A stretch of 39,137 nt of DNA, taken from IMG/VR virus record IMGVR_UViG_3300033406_000017, positions 1-39,137 of that record; one strand, written 5' to 3'. The translations under genes and the position numbers were made by a program. Below, piece by piece: positions 14,718 to 22,354 of the stretch. The stretch's first letter is position 1; every line of letters starts with the position of its first letter. The DNA is from a virus. Lineage: Duplodnaviria > Caudoviricetes. A model generated the notes under the pieces. It did no database searches. It had not been told where the DNA came from and worked only from the letters and a program-made list of their open reading frames with translations.

Positions 14718-14929
14718 AATCCACCCAATGCGAACGCCTTCTGCAGTGGCTTGAGCGCGCCCCAATCGATCCGATGATGGCCTGGGTCGAACTCGGTATT
14801 TATCGCCTGTCCGCACGCTGCTTCGACCTGAAGGAGCAGGGCCACAACGTTGTCTCGAAGACCGTGGAAGTGACCAACCGTTTCGGTGAGTCCTGCCGGG
14901 TTGCTCAGTACAGCTTGGAGCAGAAGTAA
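14714..14929 (+). CDS. Small winged-helix protein
   Basis: TQCERLLQWL...IDPMMAWVELGIYRLSARCFDLKEQGHNV. Confidence 0.75.
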   Translation: MKSTQCERLLQWLERAPIDPMMAWVELGIYRLSARCFDLKEQGHNVVSKTVEVTNRFGESCRVAQYSLEQK

Positions 14930-14956
14930 ATGATTCGTCCAAATCCAATGGACAAG

Positions 14957-15042
14957 AAAAAACCCACCTTGGATGGCCTTGCAGGGCCGGTGGGCTGTGT
15001 AACGTCTGGAGTGATTATGCAGCACATAAGAGTCGAGGTCAA
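14957..15042 (-). ncRNA. OOP-like short antisense transcription unit (promoter plus terminator)
   Basis: - strand TTGACC (15042-15037), 17 nt, CATAAT (15019-15014); about 50 nt ending in a CCCACC/GGTGGG stem plus U6; immediately upstream of the initiator gene, as lambda oop. Confidence 0.6.
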
Positions 15043-15044
15043 TC

Positions 15045-15815
15045 ATGGCCGGTGACTGGATCAAGATGCGCGGCAATCTTTGGGATGACCCAAGGGTTGC
15101 AAAGATATGCGACCTAACGGACGCAGGAGAGGCGGCAGTGGTAGGTGGCCTCTATTGGCTATGGGCTACTGCTGACCAGCATAGCGAAGACGGGATCATG
15201 CTTGGATTAACTCTTCGCGCCATCGACCGGAAGACAGGTATTGCTGGATTTGGTGATGCGCTTGTGTCCGCAGGATGGCTGATCGATAACTGCGATGGCG
15301 TGCAGATTGTCCGCTTTGAAGAGCATAACGGTAAGTCAGCAAAGCGCCGTTGTTCCGAATCTGTACGAAAAATGTCCGCACGCGATGCGGACAAAGCGCA
15401 GCAAGTTTGCGGAACGCTTGAGGAAGGTGAGCAGCAATCTTGCGCACCTAGAGAAAGAGAAGAGAAAGAGAATAAAGAACAAGATCAAAAACAAAAGACA
15501 CGCGCTCCGCGCTTTGATGCGCAAGCGCATCTTGTCGAATTGAGCGTTGATCCTGTTATCGCTACAGACTGGCTTGCCCACCGCAAGGCAAAGAAGGCAA
15601 CCGTAACGCCAACCGTCATTGAAGGTATCAGAAGCGAAGCTGAAAAGGCTCGCATTGCTCTGTCTGACGCATTGGCGATGTGTTGTCAGCGCGGATGGAC
15701 TGGGTTCAAAGCCGAGTGGGTTGCCGATGCAATCGGCTACAAGCCGCAGCCTGTAAAAACTCCAGCGCCTGAAAACTTCGCTTCCCGCGATTACGGAATG
15801 GGAGGCCGGCTATGA
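15045..15815 (+). CDS. Replication initiator protein
   Basis: MAGDWIKMR N-terminus; C-terminal W..HRKAKK...RGWTGFKAEW; directly upstream of helicase loader. Confidence 0.8.
   Translation: MAGDWIKMRGNLWDDPRVAKICDLTDAGEAAVVGGLYWLWATADQHSEDGIMLGLTLRAIDRKTGIAGFGDALVSAGWLIDNCDGVQIVRFEEHNGKSAKRRCSESVRKMSARDADKAQQVCGTLEEGEQQSCAPREREEKENKEQDQKQKTRAPRFDAQAHLVELSVDPVIATDWLAHRKAKKATVTPTVIEGIRSEAEKARIALSDALAMCCQRGWTGFKAEWVADAIGYKPQPVKTPAPENFASRDYGMGGRL
15373..15500. other. Candidate replication origin inside the initiator gene
   Basis: TGTCCGCA/TGCGGACA IR; GCAGCAAnnTTGCG twice (15398, 15431); then a purine/A-rich tract. Confidence 0.35.
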
Positions 15816-16576
15816 ACGCTATCGACCGGCTGCACATCGAATCTCGTCAGGCATCCTGCGAAGTGCATGGCGAATACCAGAGCAGAAACCTGTTCGGAAT
15901 TATCTGGTCGCATTGTCCTACCTGCGAAACCATTCGCCGCGAGAAGGAACAAGCCGAGCAGGCAGAGCGTGACCGTATCGAAAAGCTGCGCCGTTGGGAA
16001 AGCAAACTAGGCCATTCAGGCATCCCGGATCGCTTCAAGACCCGCACGCTTGAAACCTATGTTGCCGACACGGCGCAGAAGAAGCGGGCGCTGGATTTTG
16101 CGCTCATCTACGCGCTTGACTTCGGGTGGGGAAAACAAACGCAAGGACGTTCCGCGCTGTTTGTTGGCAAGCCAGGTACGGGCAAGACGCACCTTGCGGT
16201 CGGAATTGGCCTGTCGCTGATGGCCAATGGCTATTCCGTTCTGTTCTTTACTGTCATGCGCGCCATTCGCCGCGTGAAAGACACGTGGAGCCGCGACAGC
16301 AAGGAATCGGAAAGCCAGGCCATTGCAGCGCTGGTTGAGCCGGATCTGCTGATTCTTGATGAAGTCGGTATCCAGTTCGGTAGCGAAACCGAAAAGCTGA
16401 TCCTGTTTGACATCCTCAACGAGCGTTACGAGAAGCGCCGCGCCTGCATTCTTCTTTCGAATCTGTCAATTGAAGAGGTCAGCGCCTTCCTTGGAGAGCG
16501 CGTGATTGACCGCTTGCGTGAAGACGGTGGCGAGGTCATTCCATTCACGTGGGAATCGCACCGGAGCAAAGCATGA
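15812..16576 (+). CDS. DnaC/IstB-like AAA+ helicase loader
   Basis: Zn motif CEVH...CPTC; Walker A GKPGTGKT; Walker B LLILDE; LLSN; R-x-x-DRL. Confidence 0.92.
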   Translation: MNAIDRLHIESRQASCEVHGEYQSRNLFGIIWSHCPTCETIRREKEQAEQAERDRIEKLRRWESKLGHSGIPDRFKTRTLETYVADTAQKKRALDFALIYALDFGWGKQTQGRSALFVGKPGTGKTHLAVGIGLSLMANGYSVLFFTVMRAIRRVKDTWSRDSKESESQAIAALVEPDLLILDEVGIQFGSETEKLILFDILNERYEKRRACILLSNLSIEEVSAFLGERVIDRLREDGGEVIPFTWESHRSKA

Positions 16577-16743
16577 ATTACGAAGTCACGCTAAAGCGCC
16601 GCCAAACGCTCAGCCCGGTACAGAACGCCCGCCAGCTTCGGGTAAATGTCTCTGCTCCGGACGAAAACACGGCCAAGGCCATTGCGCTATTCAAGGATAA
16701 CAACGGCAAATACTTCGTTGTCTCGCACGTGAGGAAGTCATGA
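16573..16743 (+). CDS. Hypothetical protein
   Basis: ATGA-coupled 56-aa ORF. Confidence 0.55.
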   Translation: MNYEVTLKRRQTLSPVQNARQLRVNVSAPDENTAKAIALFKDNNGKYFVVSHVRKS

Positions 16744-17036
16744 ACGACCTACTAACTTCAATCGAAGAAGCCAAAGAAGAGCGCCAAGCGATTCAAGAGG
16801 CTGACGGAATCACGACGACGGTAGAAGAACTACACCGATGCGAAGTCGTCGGGATTGTTCGCCGCTACTTCCCGAACGGTGATCCGAATCCGTTCTTCAA
16901 GATGGTTGAAGAAAAGCGCGGCAAGGCTGCGGCAGAAAAGCTGCGGACTGATTGTCGGGCTGCTTGGAAGGTTGAAATCGACCGTCACCGCGCCATGCGT
17001 AGCAATGTAGCCAAAGACTCGGCGGTGAATAAATGA
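16740..17036 (+). CDS. Hypothetical protein
   Basis: HRCEV...VEEKRGKAAAEKLRTD motif seen in phage nin-region proteins. Confidence 0.65.
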   Translation: MNDLLTSIEEAKEERQAIQEADGITTTVEELHRCEVVGIVRRYFPNGDPNPFFKMVEEKRGKAAAEKLRTDCRAAWKVEIDRHRAMRSNVAKDSAVNK

Positions 17037-17470
17037 CCGCAATCGTAATCAACAGCGATCTATCTCTGCAGTCCGCGCTAGGCATGTTGCGCGAACTGTA
17101 CCAACAGCATCGGTATGTGAAGATCAGCGCCAAGACCGGCAAGGCTCGCAGCATTGATCAAAATTCGATCAGTCACGCCTGGTACGAACAACTGGCCCGC
17201 GAACTCCGCGAAGACGACGCACTCGGCTGGAAGTCGTATTGCAAGCTCCATCACGGCGTCCCGATCCTCCGCACCGAAGACGAAGAATTCCGCGAAGCCT
17301 ACGACGCCACGATCAAAGGCATGACCTACGAGCAGAAGCTGAAGGCCATGCGCCTGCTGCCGGTTACTTCGTTGATGACCAAGCCGCAGCTATCGAAGTA
17401 TCTGGAAGCGATGCAGGAGGATTTCGAGCGGCGCGGCGTTCGGTTGGAGTTTCCGGAGGTGACGGAATGA
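17033..17470 (+). CDS. NinB/Orf-like recombination protein
   Basis: RSIDQNSISHAW...TSLMTKPQLSKYLEAM...GVRL. Confidence 0.7.
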   Translation: MTAIVINSDLSLQSALGMLRELYQQHRYVKISAKTGKARSIDQNSISHAWYEQLARELREDDALGWKSYCKLHHGVPILRTEDEEFREAYDATIKGMTYEQKLKAMRLLPVTSLMTKPQLSKYLEAMQEDFERRGVRLEFPEVTE

Positions 17471-17559
17471 TCTTGATCATCGCATTCATTGTCGCGTTAT
17501 TCGGAGGTGATTTAGATATCGTCTTTCTTCTGTTGCTGCATTGGGCATTCAGCATATGA
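17467..17559 (+). CDS. Very small hydrophobic protein (30 aa)
   Basis: MILIIAFIVALFGGDLDIVFLLLLHWAFSI; GGAGG SD; coupled at both ends. Confidence 0.45.
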   Translation: MILIIAFIVALFGGDLDIVFLLLLHWAFSI

Positions 17560-18134
17560 CGCTCAAACCTCGCACCTGCAAATGGTGCAAACAGAAATTC
17601 ACGCCAGATCGCCCGAAGCAAACCTGCTGCTGCATCGAGTGCGCTGAAAGCTACGGCAAGAAGACGACCGCCAAGGCCGAGGCCATTCGAAGCGCTGCTG
17701 ATCGCAAGACTATCCGCATCCGCAAGGAAGCAATCAAAACCCGTCCAAAGCTAATTGCTGAGCTTGGTGTTGAGTTTCGCGCATGGGTTAGAGCAAGAGA
17801 TGAAGGTAAGCCGTGTATCTCATGCGACAAGCCGCTTATAAAGACAGGAAAGCTAGGCGGCGACTATGACGCAGGGCACTACAGATCAGTAGGAAGCGCC
17901 AAGCACCTTGAGTTTGACGAACGCAACGTACATGGACAGTGCAAATACTGCAACGACCAATTGAAGAGCAATCCGCAAGGATATAGGCCGCGTTTGATTG
18001 AGCGTATTGGTCTTGAAGCAGTTCTAGCGCTAGAGGCTGACCATGAGCCAAGGAAGTACAGCAAGGACGACATTCGCCAGATGAAAGAAACCTACAAATC
18101 CAAGCTAAAGGAGCTTCGAAAGAATGGGGCGTAA
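17556..18134 (+). CDS. ninG: NinG/Rap junction endonuclease
   Basis: RARDEGKPCISC...DAGHYRSVGSA.HL.FDERNVHGQCKYCN. Confidence 0.9.
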   Translation: MTLKPRTCKWCKQKFTPDRPKQTCCCIECAESYGKKTTAKAEAIRSAADRKTIRIRKEAIKTRPKLIAELGVEFRAWVRARDEGKPCISCDKPLIKTGKLGGDYDAGHYRSVGSAKHLEFDERNVHGQCKYCNDQLKSNPQGYRPRLIERIGLEAVLALEADHEPRKYSKDDIRQMKETYKSKLKELRKNGA

Positions 18135-18390
18135 ATCAACCATTGGATCAGTGATCGTCCAGTCGGCTCAGTTCAATCGGACGGTGGCTGACATTGTCCG
18201 AGCAACTGGCGCCAAACCGAATACCGTTCGCGTCGTCCTTCAGCGTGCAGCAACTCGCGGAGATATTCACATCAAGCGATTTGCTAAAGGGAAGGGCAAT
18301 CATCGGATTCACGTTGATTGTCACGATGCAGGCGTTGAGGTTAGGTTGAATGGATTGATTTGCGGATTGTGTGGAAACTCGAAGGGATAA
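18124..18390 (+). CDS. Small HTH protein at the Q position (candidate late regulator)
   Basis: TVADIVRATGAKPNTVRVVLQR HTH-like segment. Confidence 0.55.
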   Translation: MGRKSTIGSVIVQSAQFNRTVADIVRATGAKPNTVRVVLQRAATRGDIHIKRFAKGKGNHRIHVDCHDAGVEVRLNGLICGLCGNSKG

Positions 18391-18392
18391 AA

Positions 18393-18584
18393 ATGAAAAA
18401 AGTAACGCTTGAATTTGACGAATCAAAAACGTTTGAACATGAATTGTTCCGTGCATGCATTCAATCGGCTGTTGCTCTGGAGCAAGAAGGATGGAGCAGG
18501 AATTCACAAAAGGAACAGGCGCAACGATTGAGAGAGATTGCTATTCGATATGTTGGGCCAGGTGTTTTCGTGGAGGAAAAATGA
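18393..18584 (+). CDS. Hypothetical protein
   Basis: 63 aa from ATG 18393; coupled to terS. Confidence 0.55.
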   Translation: MKKVTLEFDESKTFEHELFRACIQSAVALEQEGWSRNSQKEQAQRLREIAIRYVGPGVFVEEK

Positions 18585-18985
18585 GCCTGACACAGAAACA
18601 GGAAAACTTCTGCATCGCGTACATTGAAACAGGCAATGCGAGCGAGGCGTATCGTCGCGCATACGATGCAGAAAATATGAAGCCAGAAACGGTTACTAAG
18701 CGCGCAAGTGAAATGCTTATTGACGGGAACATTGCGGGGAGGGTAGCTGAGCTTCGCGCCCCGGTAATTGCCAAGGCACAGATAACACTTGAGCAGCACT
18801 TGGATGACCTGAAACGATTGCGCGACCTTGCTGAGGCAGCAGCTAAGTTCGGTCCAGCAGTGCAGGCTGAGATGGCTAGAGGAAAGGCATCTGGTCTATA
18901 TGTCGATAAGACTGAGCTAACCGGAAAAGACGGCGGGCCAGTTGAAGTAGTAGCACCTAAGCTAGAAATCATCCTGAACAAGTAA
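18581..18985 (+). CDS. terS: Terminase small subunit
   Basis: LTQKQENFCIAYIETGNASEAYRRAY...ELTGKDGGPV; start moved to ATG 18581. Confidence 0.9.
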   Translation: MSLTQKQENFCIAYIETGNASEAYRRAYDAENMKPETVTKRASEMLIDGNIAGRVAELRAPVIAKAQITLEQHLDDLKRLRDLAEAAAKFGPAVQAEMARGKASGLYVDKTELTGKDGGPVEVVAPKLEIILNK

Positions 18986-20433
18986 TGCGCCTAGAGCTAC
19001 ACGCCAAGCAGTCTTTCGCATTCCAGAGCGATGCAACGGAAATCCTATACGGTGGCGCAGCAGGCGGAGGAAAATCGCACTTGATGCGATGCTGCGCTAT
19101 TGCATGGGCTGTTGATATACCTGGTATTCAGATATACCTGTTCCGCCGTACCTATCCTGACCTGTGGAAGAACCACATGGAAGGCCCGAGCAGCTTCCCG
19201 GCATTGCTTGCTGAATGGGTGGCAAGCGGATTCGTAAAGTTGAATCTTTCAGATGGTCAGGTAATTTTCAACAATGGATCAAAGATTCATCTTTGCCACT
19301 GTCAGAATGAGAAGGACGTTTTCAAGTACCAGGGCGCTGAAATTCATGCGCTTCTGATTGATGAGCTTACGCACTTCTCTGAAACAATTTACCGCTTCCT
19401 GCGTGGCCGTTGTCGTCTCGGTGCGTTCTCTAAAAGCATTCCAAATAAATGGATAGGTCAATTCCCTCGCATTATGGCCGGTGCAAATCCTGGCGGCATT
19501 GGTCATCACTTCGTAAAGGCGACGTTTATCGATGGCGTTGTTCCGCTAACAAAGCGACTGATGGACAAGAAAGATGGCGGCATGTTGCGCCAGTACATCC
19601 CGGCAAGGCTTGATGACAATCCGACGATGGATGAAGGATACGCGGACAAGCTGTCTGGCCTCGGCAATGAATCGCTAGTTCGAGCCATGTTGGACGGTGA
19701 TTGGGAGATCGTCGCAGGGGCATATTTCACTGAGTTTAGCCGTGATAGGCACGTTGTTAAGCCGTTCTCAATTCCGCTGCACTGGACACGTTACCGCGCA
19801 TTCGACTGGGGTTCAGCAAAGCCGTTCGCGTGCTACTGGATAGCCGTATCAGACGGCAGCATACCGAAATATCCGCATGGCGCATTGATCGTCTATCGCG
19901 AGTATTACGGCATGAAAGAAGGAGAGCCGAATACAGGGCTAAAGATGCCAGCCGACAAGGTTGCGCTAGAGATTAAGAAGAAAGACCAGAGAGAAACGAC
20001 GGAAGGAATGGGATGGGGCGTTGCTGACCCTGCGATATTCTCAGAGGATGGAGGGCCATCTATTGCTGAGTCTATGCGCAAGGAAGGCGTCAAATGGAGA
20101 AAGGCAGACAACAAGCGAAAAGCAGGATGGGAACAGGTTCGCATACGTCTGAATGGCGATGATGATGGGCTTCCATTGCTGTTCGTGTTTGAGACTTGCG
20201 TACATTTGATTCGCACGCTTCCTGCTTTGCAGCACGACGACCACGACCCAGAAGACGTTGATAGCGATCAGGAAGACCACGGACCCGATGCGCTGCGTTA
20301 TGGGTGCATGGCAAGGCCAATCGTCAGGGAAGAGTCGAAGGCAAGCAAAGGACCAAAAGTCGGAACATTCGCCCACCTCCTAGAGATAACCGACGAGCGC
20401 AAAGAGCCAAGCAAGTACCGTTCTCTGCGCTGA
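18985..20433 (+). CDS. terL: Terminase large subunit
   Basis: Walker A GGAAGGGKS; Walker B LLIDE; ANPGG; nuclease AFDWG and DHGPDALRY. Confidence 0.95.
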   Translation: MRLELHAKQSFAFQSDATEILYGGAAGGGKSHLMRCCAIAWAVDIPGIQIYLFRRTYPDLWKNHMEGPSSFPALLAEWVASGFVKLNLSDGQVIFNNGSKIHLCHCQNEKDVFKYQGAEIHALLIDELTHFSETIYRFLRGRCRLGAFSKSIPNKWIGQFPRIMAGANPGGIGHHFVKATFIDGVVPLTKRLMDKKDGGMLRQYIPARLDDNPTMDEGYADKLSGLGNESLVRAMLDGDWEIVAGAYFTEFSRDRHVVKPFSIPLHWTRYRAFDWGSAKPFACYWIAVSDGSIPKYPHGALIVYREYYGMKEGEPNTGLKMPADKVALEIKKKDQRETTEGMGWGVADPAIFSEDGGPSIAESMRKEGVKWRKADNKRKAGWEQVRIRLNGDDDGLPLLFVFETCVHLIRTLPALQHDDHDPEDVDSDQEDHGPDALRYGCMARPIVREESKASKGPKVGTFAHLLEITDERKEPSKYRSLR

Positions 20434-20463
20434 TTTATCACATTCATTGATGCAGCGTAAATA
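20433..20463 (+). promoter_or_regulatory. Putative phage late promoter, copy 1
   Basis: ATTTATCACATTCA-N11-TAAATA. Confidence 0.55.
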
Positions 20464-20489
20464 GTGACTATCTATTGATGGAGGTCGCT

Positions 20490-21887
20490 ATGCTGCGCCA
20501 CGCAACGTACAAACGTAACGAGAAGGACTTTGCAACAAAGGTTATCGAGGATGATTCGACTGGCGATGTGACGCTATACGTAGGTGATAATCCGGTTGCT
20601 ACAGCGGATGTTGATGGTGTTTCAGGTGGTGTAGAAATTTACGCTGGAACACAGAAACTAGGACCAATGAAGCGCAGAATTGCTCGTTCGCTGATCGGTT
20701 CGCGCTCAGTGTTCCACGGCGCAGGCTTTACAGCTATTGGCGCGGCATACACGATTGCACATGAAATCGAAGCCCCGGCTCCGTTTGACTTTGTGCGCGC
20801 AATCATTTCAAACGGCGGCGCATCTGCCTATACGCTGGGTAATATCAAGTTCGCTTCTGCAGCCAACTTCGGTGACGATGGTGCTGCGCTGACCTGGGTA
20901 CAGGGTTCGTTTTCGGCGAATGGCTTGAAAAGCATGCCGCCGGCTACCGCGCAGACGCCGACATCGTTTTCAATTCCGGCCAAACAGTCAGGCTCTGGCT
21001 CCAATGTCGTGCCGGGTATCGCCCTGTCTGACTGGGCGCAGGTATCAAGCCTTGATCGCGCTGATGGTGGGAAAAATCACATCATCCAGTGCCGAGTGGC
21101 CTTGCCATCCGGCGCAAACGTTATCTCTGTATCTGGCGCAAACGAAGCAGCGGTGTTCGATGCCCAGGCGGCTGCATATTGCCTTCGCTTCCGGTCATCG
21201 CTGGCGGCAGGAGATAACGTAACCACCATCGCCGCGCAGGCGGCAATTGCAAGCAATGGCTGGTTTGGAATTCAAGGTATCGAATTCCTGCACCGCTCGG
21301 CTGCCGTGCAGATCAGCGAGTTCGGAGACTCGACGCAGCGCGGCCAAGGCTGGACTGACCAGAACACTGGGCACGTATCGCCAGGGTTCCTCGCTCAAGC
21401 ATCAATGAGTTCGCAGAGCAACCCGCTGTTTTACGCCAATCACTGTGTTTCCGGTCAAACGTCAGCCGCTTCCAGGGCTACGGCGAAGTGGCACATTACC
21501 AATGCAAATATCGATGTCGCTGTTATCCCGTCGTGGTCGGCAAACGACACCGGTTCAGCAATCCTGTCGCAGTGGCCTGATATTCTTGCGACGGTCAATT
21601 ACGCGCTGTCGCTCGGTGTTATTCCTGTTGTCGTAAGCGCCTTACCTGAATACACCCTGACCTTGGCACAAGACAACGAGCGCAAGACGTTGAACGCTCG
21701 ACTGCTCGCGCTTCGCACAATTGGAGCGCTAGTGATTGACCGCGATTCTGTCATTACGGACAACGGCGCGCCTGCCCGCCAGATCGCTGCTCTGACAAAT
21801 GAAGGTCGCCATCCAAATGCTGCCGGATATCAGTTGATCAAGAACCAGTACATCGACGTGTTTGGACAGATTCAGGCCGCAGCCTGA
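20490..21887 (+). CDS. SGNH/GDSL hydrolase-domain protein
   Basis: Block I FGDS; block II VSGQTS; block III SANDT; block V EGRHPNAAGY; beta-rich N-terminal domain; GGAGG SD before ATG 20490. Confidence 0.8.
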   Translation: MLRHATYKRNEKDFATKVIEDDSTGDVTLYVGDNPVATADVDGVSGGVEIYAGTQKLGPMKRRIARSLIGSRSVFHGAGFTAIGAAYTIAHEIEAPAPFDFVRAIISNGGASAYTLGNIKFASAANFGDDGAALTWVQGSFSANGLKSMPPATAQTPTSFSIPAKQSGSGSNVVPGIALSDWAQVSSLDRADGGKNHIIQCRVALPSGANVISVSGANEAAVFDAQAAAYCLRFRSSLAAGDNVTTIAAQAAIASNGWFGIQGIEFLHRSAAVQISEFGDSTQRGQGWTDQNTGHVSPGFLAQASMSSQSNPLFYANHCVSGQTSAASRATAKWHITNANIDVAVIPSWSANDTGSAILSQWPDILATVNYALSLGVIPVVVSALPEYTLTLAQDNERKTLNARLLALRTIGALVIDRDSVITDNGAPARQIAALTNEGRHPNAAGYQLIKNQYIDVFGQIQAAA

Positions 21888-21974
21888 TCTTTAATCCACT
21901 CAGCACAAGTATTCGTTTCACAACCGATAGGAGGTGATCCGGAGTTTCGCCGAGAGGCGATCATCCCGCAGAAG

Positions 21975-22000
21975 GAAAAGACCGCCTTCGGGCGGTTTTC
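21975..22000 (+). terminator. Intrinsic terminator
   Basis: ACCGCC-TTCG-GGCGGT-TTTC. Confidence 0.8.
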
Positions 22001-22002
22001 TC

Positions 22003-22033
22003 ATTTATCACGTTCAGCAGCTATCCGTATAAA
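22003..22033 (+). promoter_or_regulatory. Putative phage late promoter, copy 2
   Basis: ATTTATCACGTTCA-N11-TATAAA; ATG follows after 6 nt. Confidence 0.65.
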
Positions 22034-22039
22034 ACGCGC

Positions 22040-22354
22040 ATGGAAGAACTATTGCGCGTATGCAAGGGCTTGAGCGCGACTCGCCCGTCTTTAGACCTTG
22101 AGCAATTGCTGGCTCTGGCTTCGCCGTCTGCGGAATTTGAGGCGCACATTCCAGCCGATGAAGGCCGGGATTATTGGGTCTATACGATCAACGGCAAGAC
22201 GCTTGACGGCGAAGTGATCGTGGTTCGCGCCTCTCTACCGAATCAGGCTGAAACGCTGGCTCAAGAGGGCCTGAATGACTCAATCGAGGCGGCGCGCAAG
22301 TTCGACATGAACACAGGTTTGCAATCTACGGTCGAAGTTCGGGGCGTCGAATGA
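22040..22354 (+). CDS. Hypothetical protein preceding portal
   Basis: 104 aa; coupled to portal. Confidence 0.7.
   Translation: MEELLRVCKGLSATRPSLDLEQLLALASPSAEFEAHIPADEGRDYWVYTINGKTLDGEVIVVRASLPNQAETLAQEGLNDSIEAARKFDMNTGLQSTVEVRGVE

Noticed and set aside
21933-21970. Fluoride riboswitch
   Set aside because: GGTGAT..GGAGTTTCGCC resembles the 5' half, but spacing is wrong, the 3' GCUGAUGAC element is absent, and it lies in a 3' UTR
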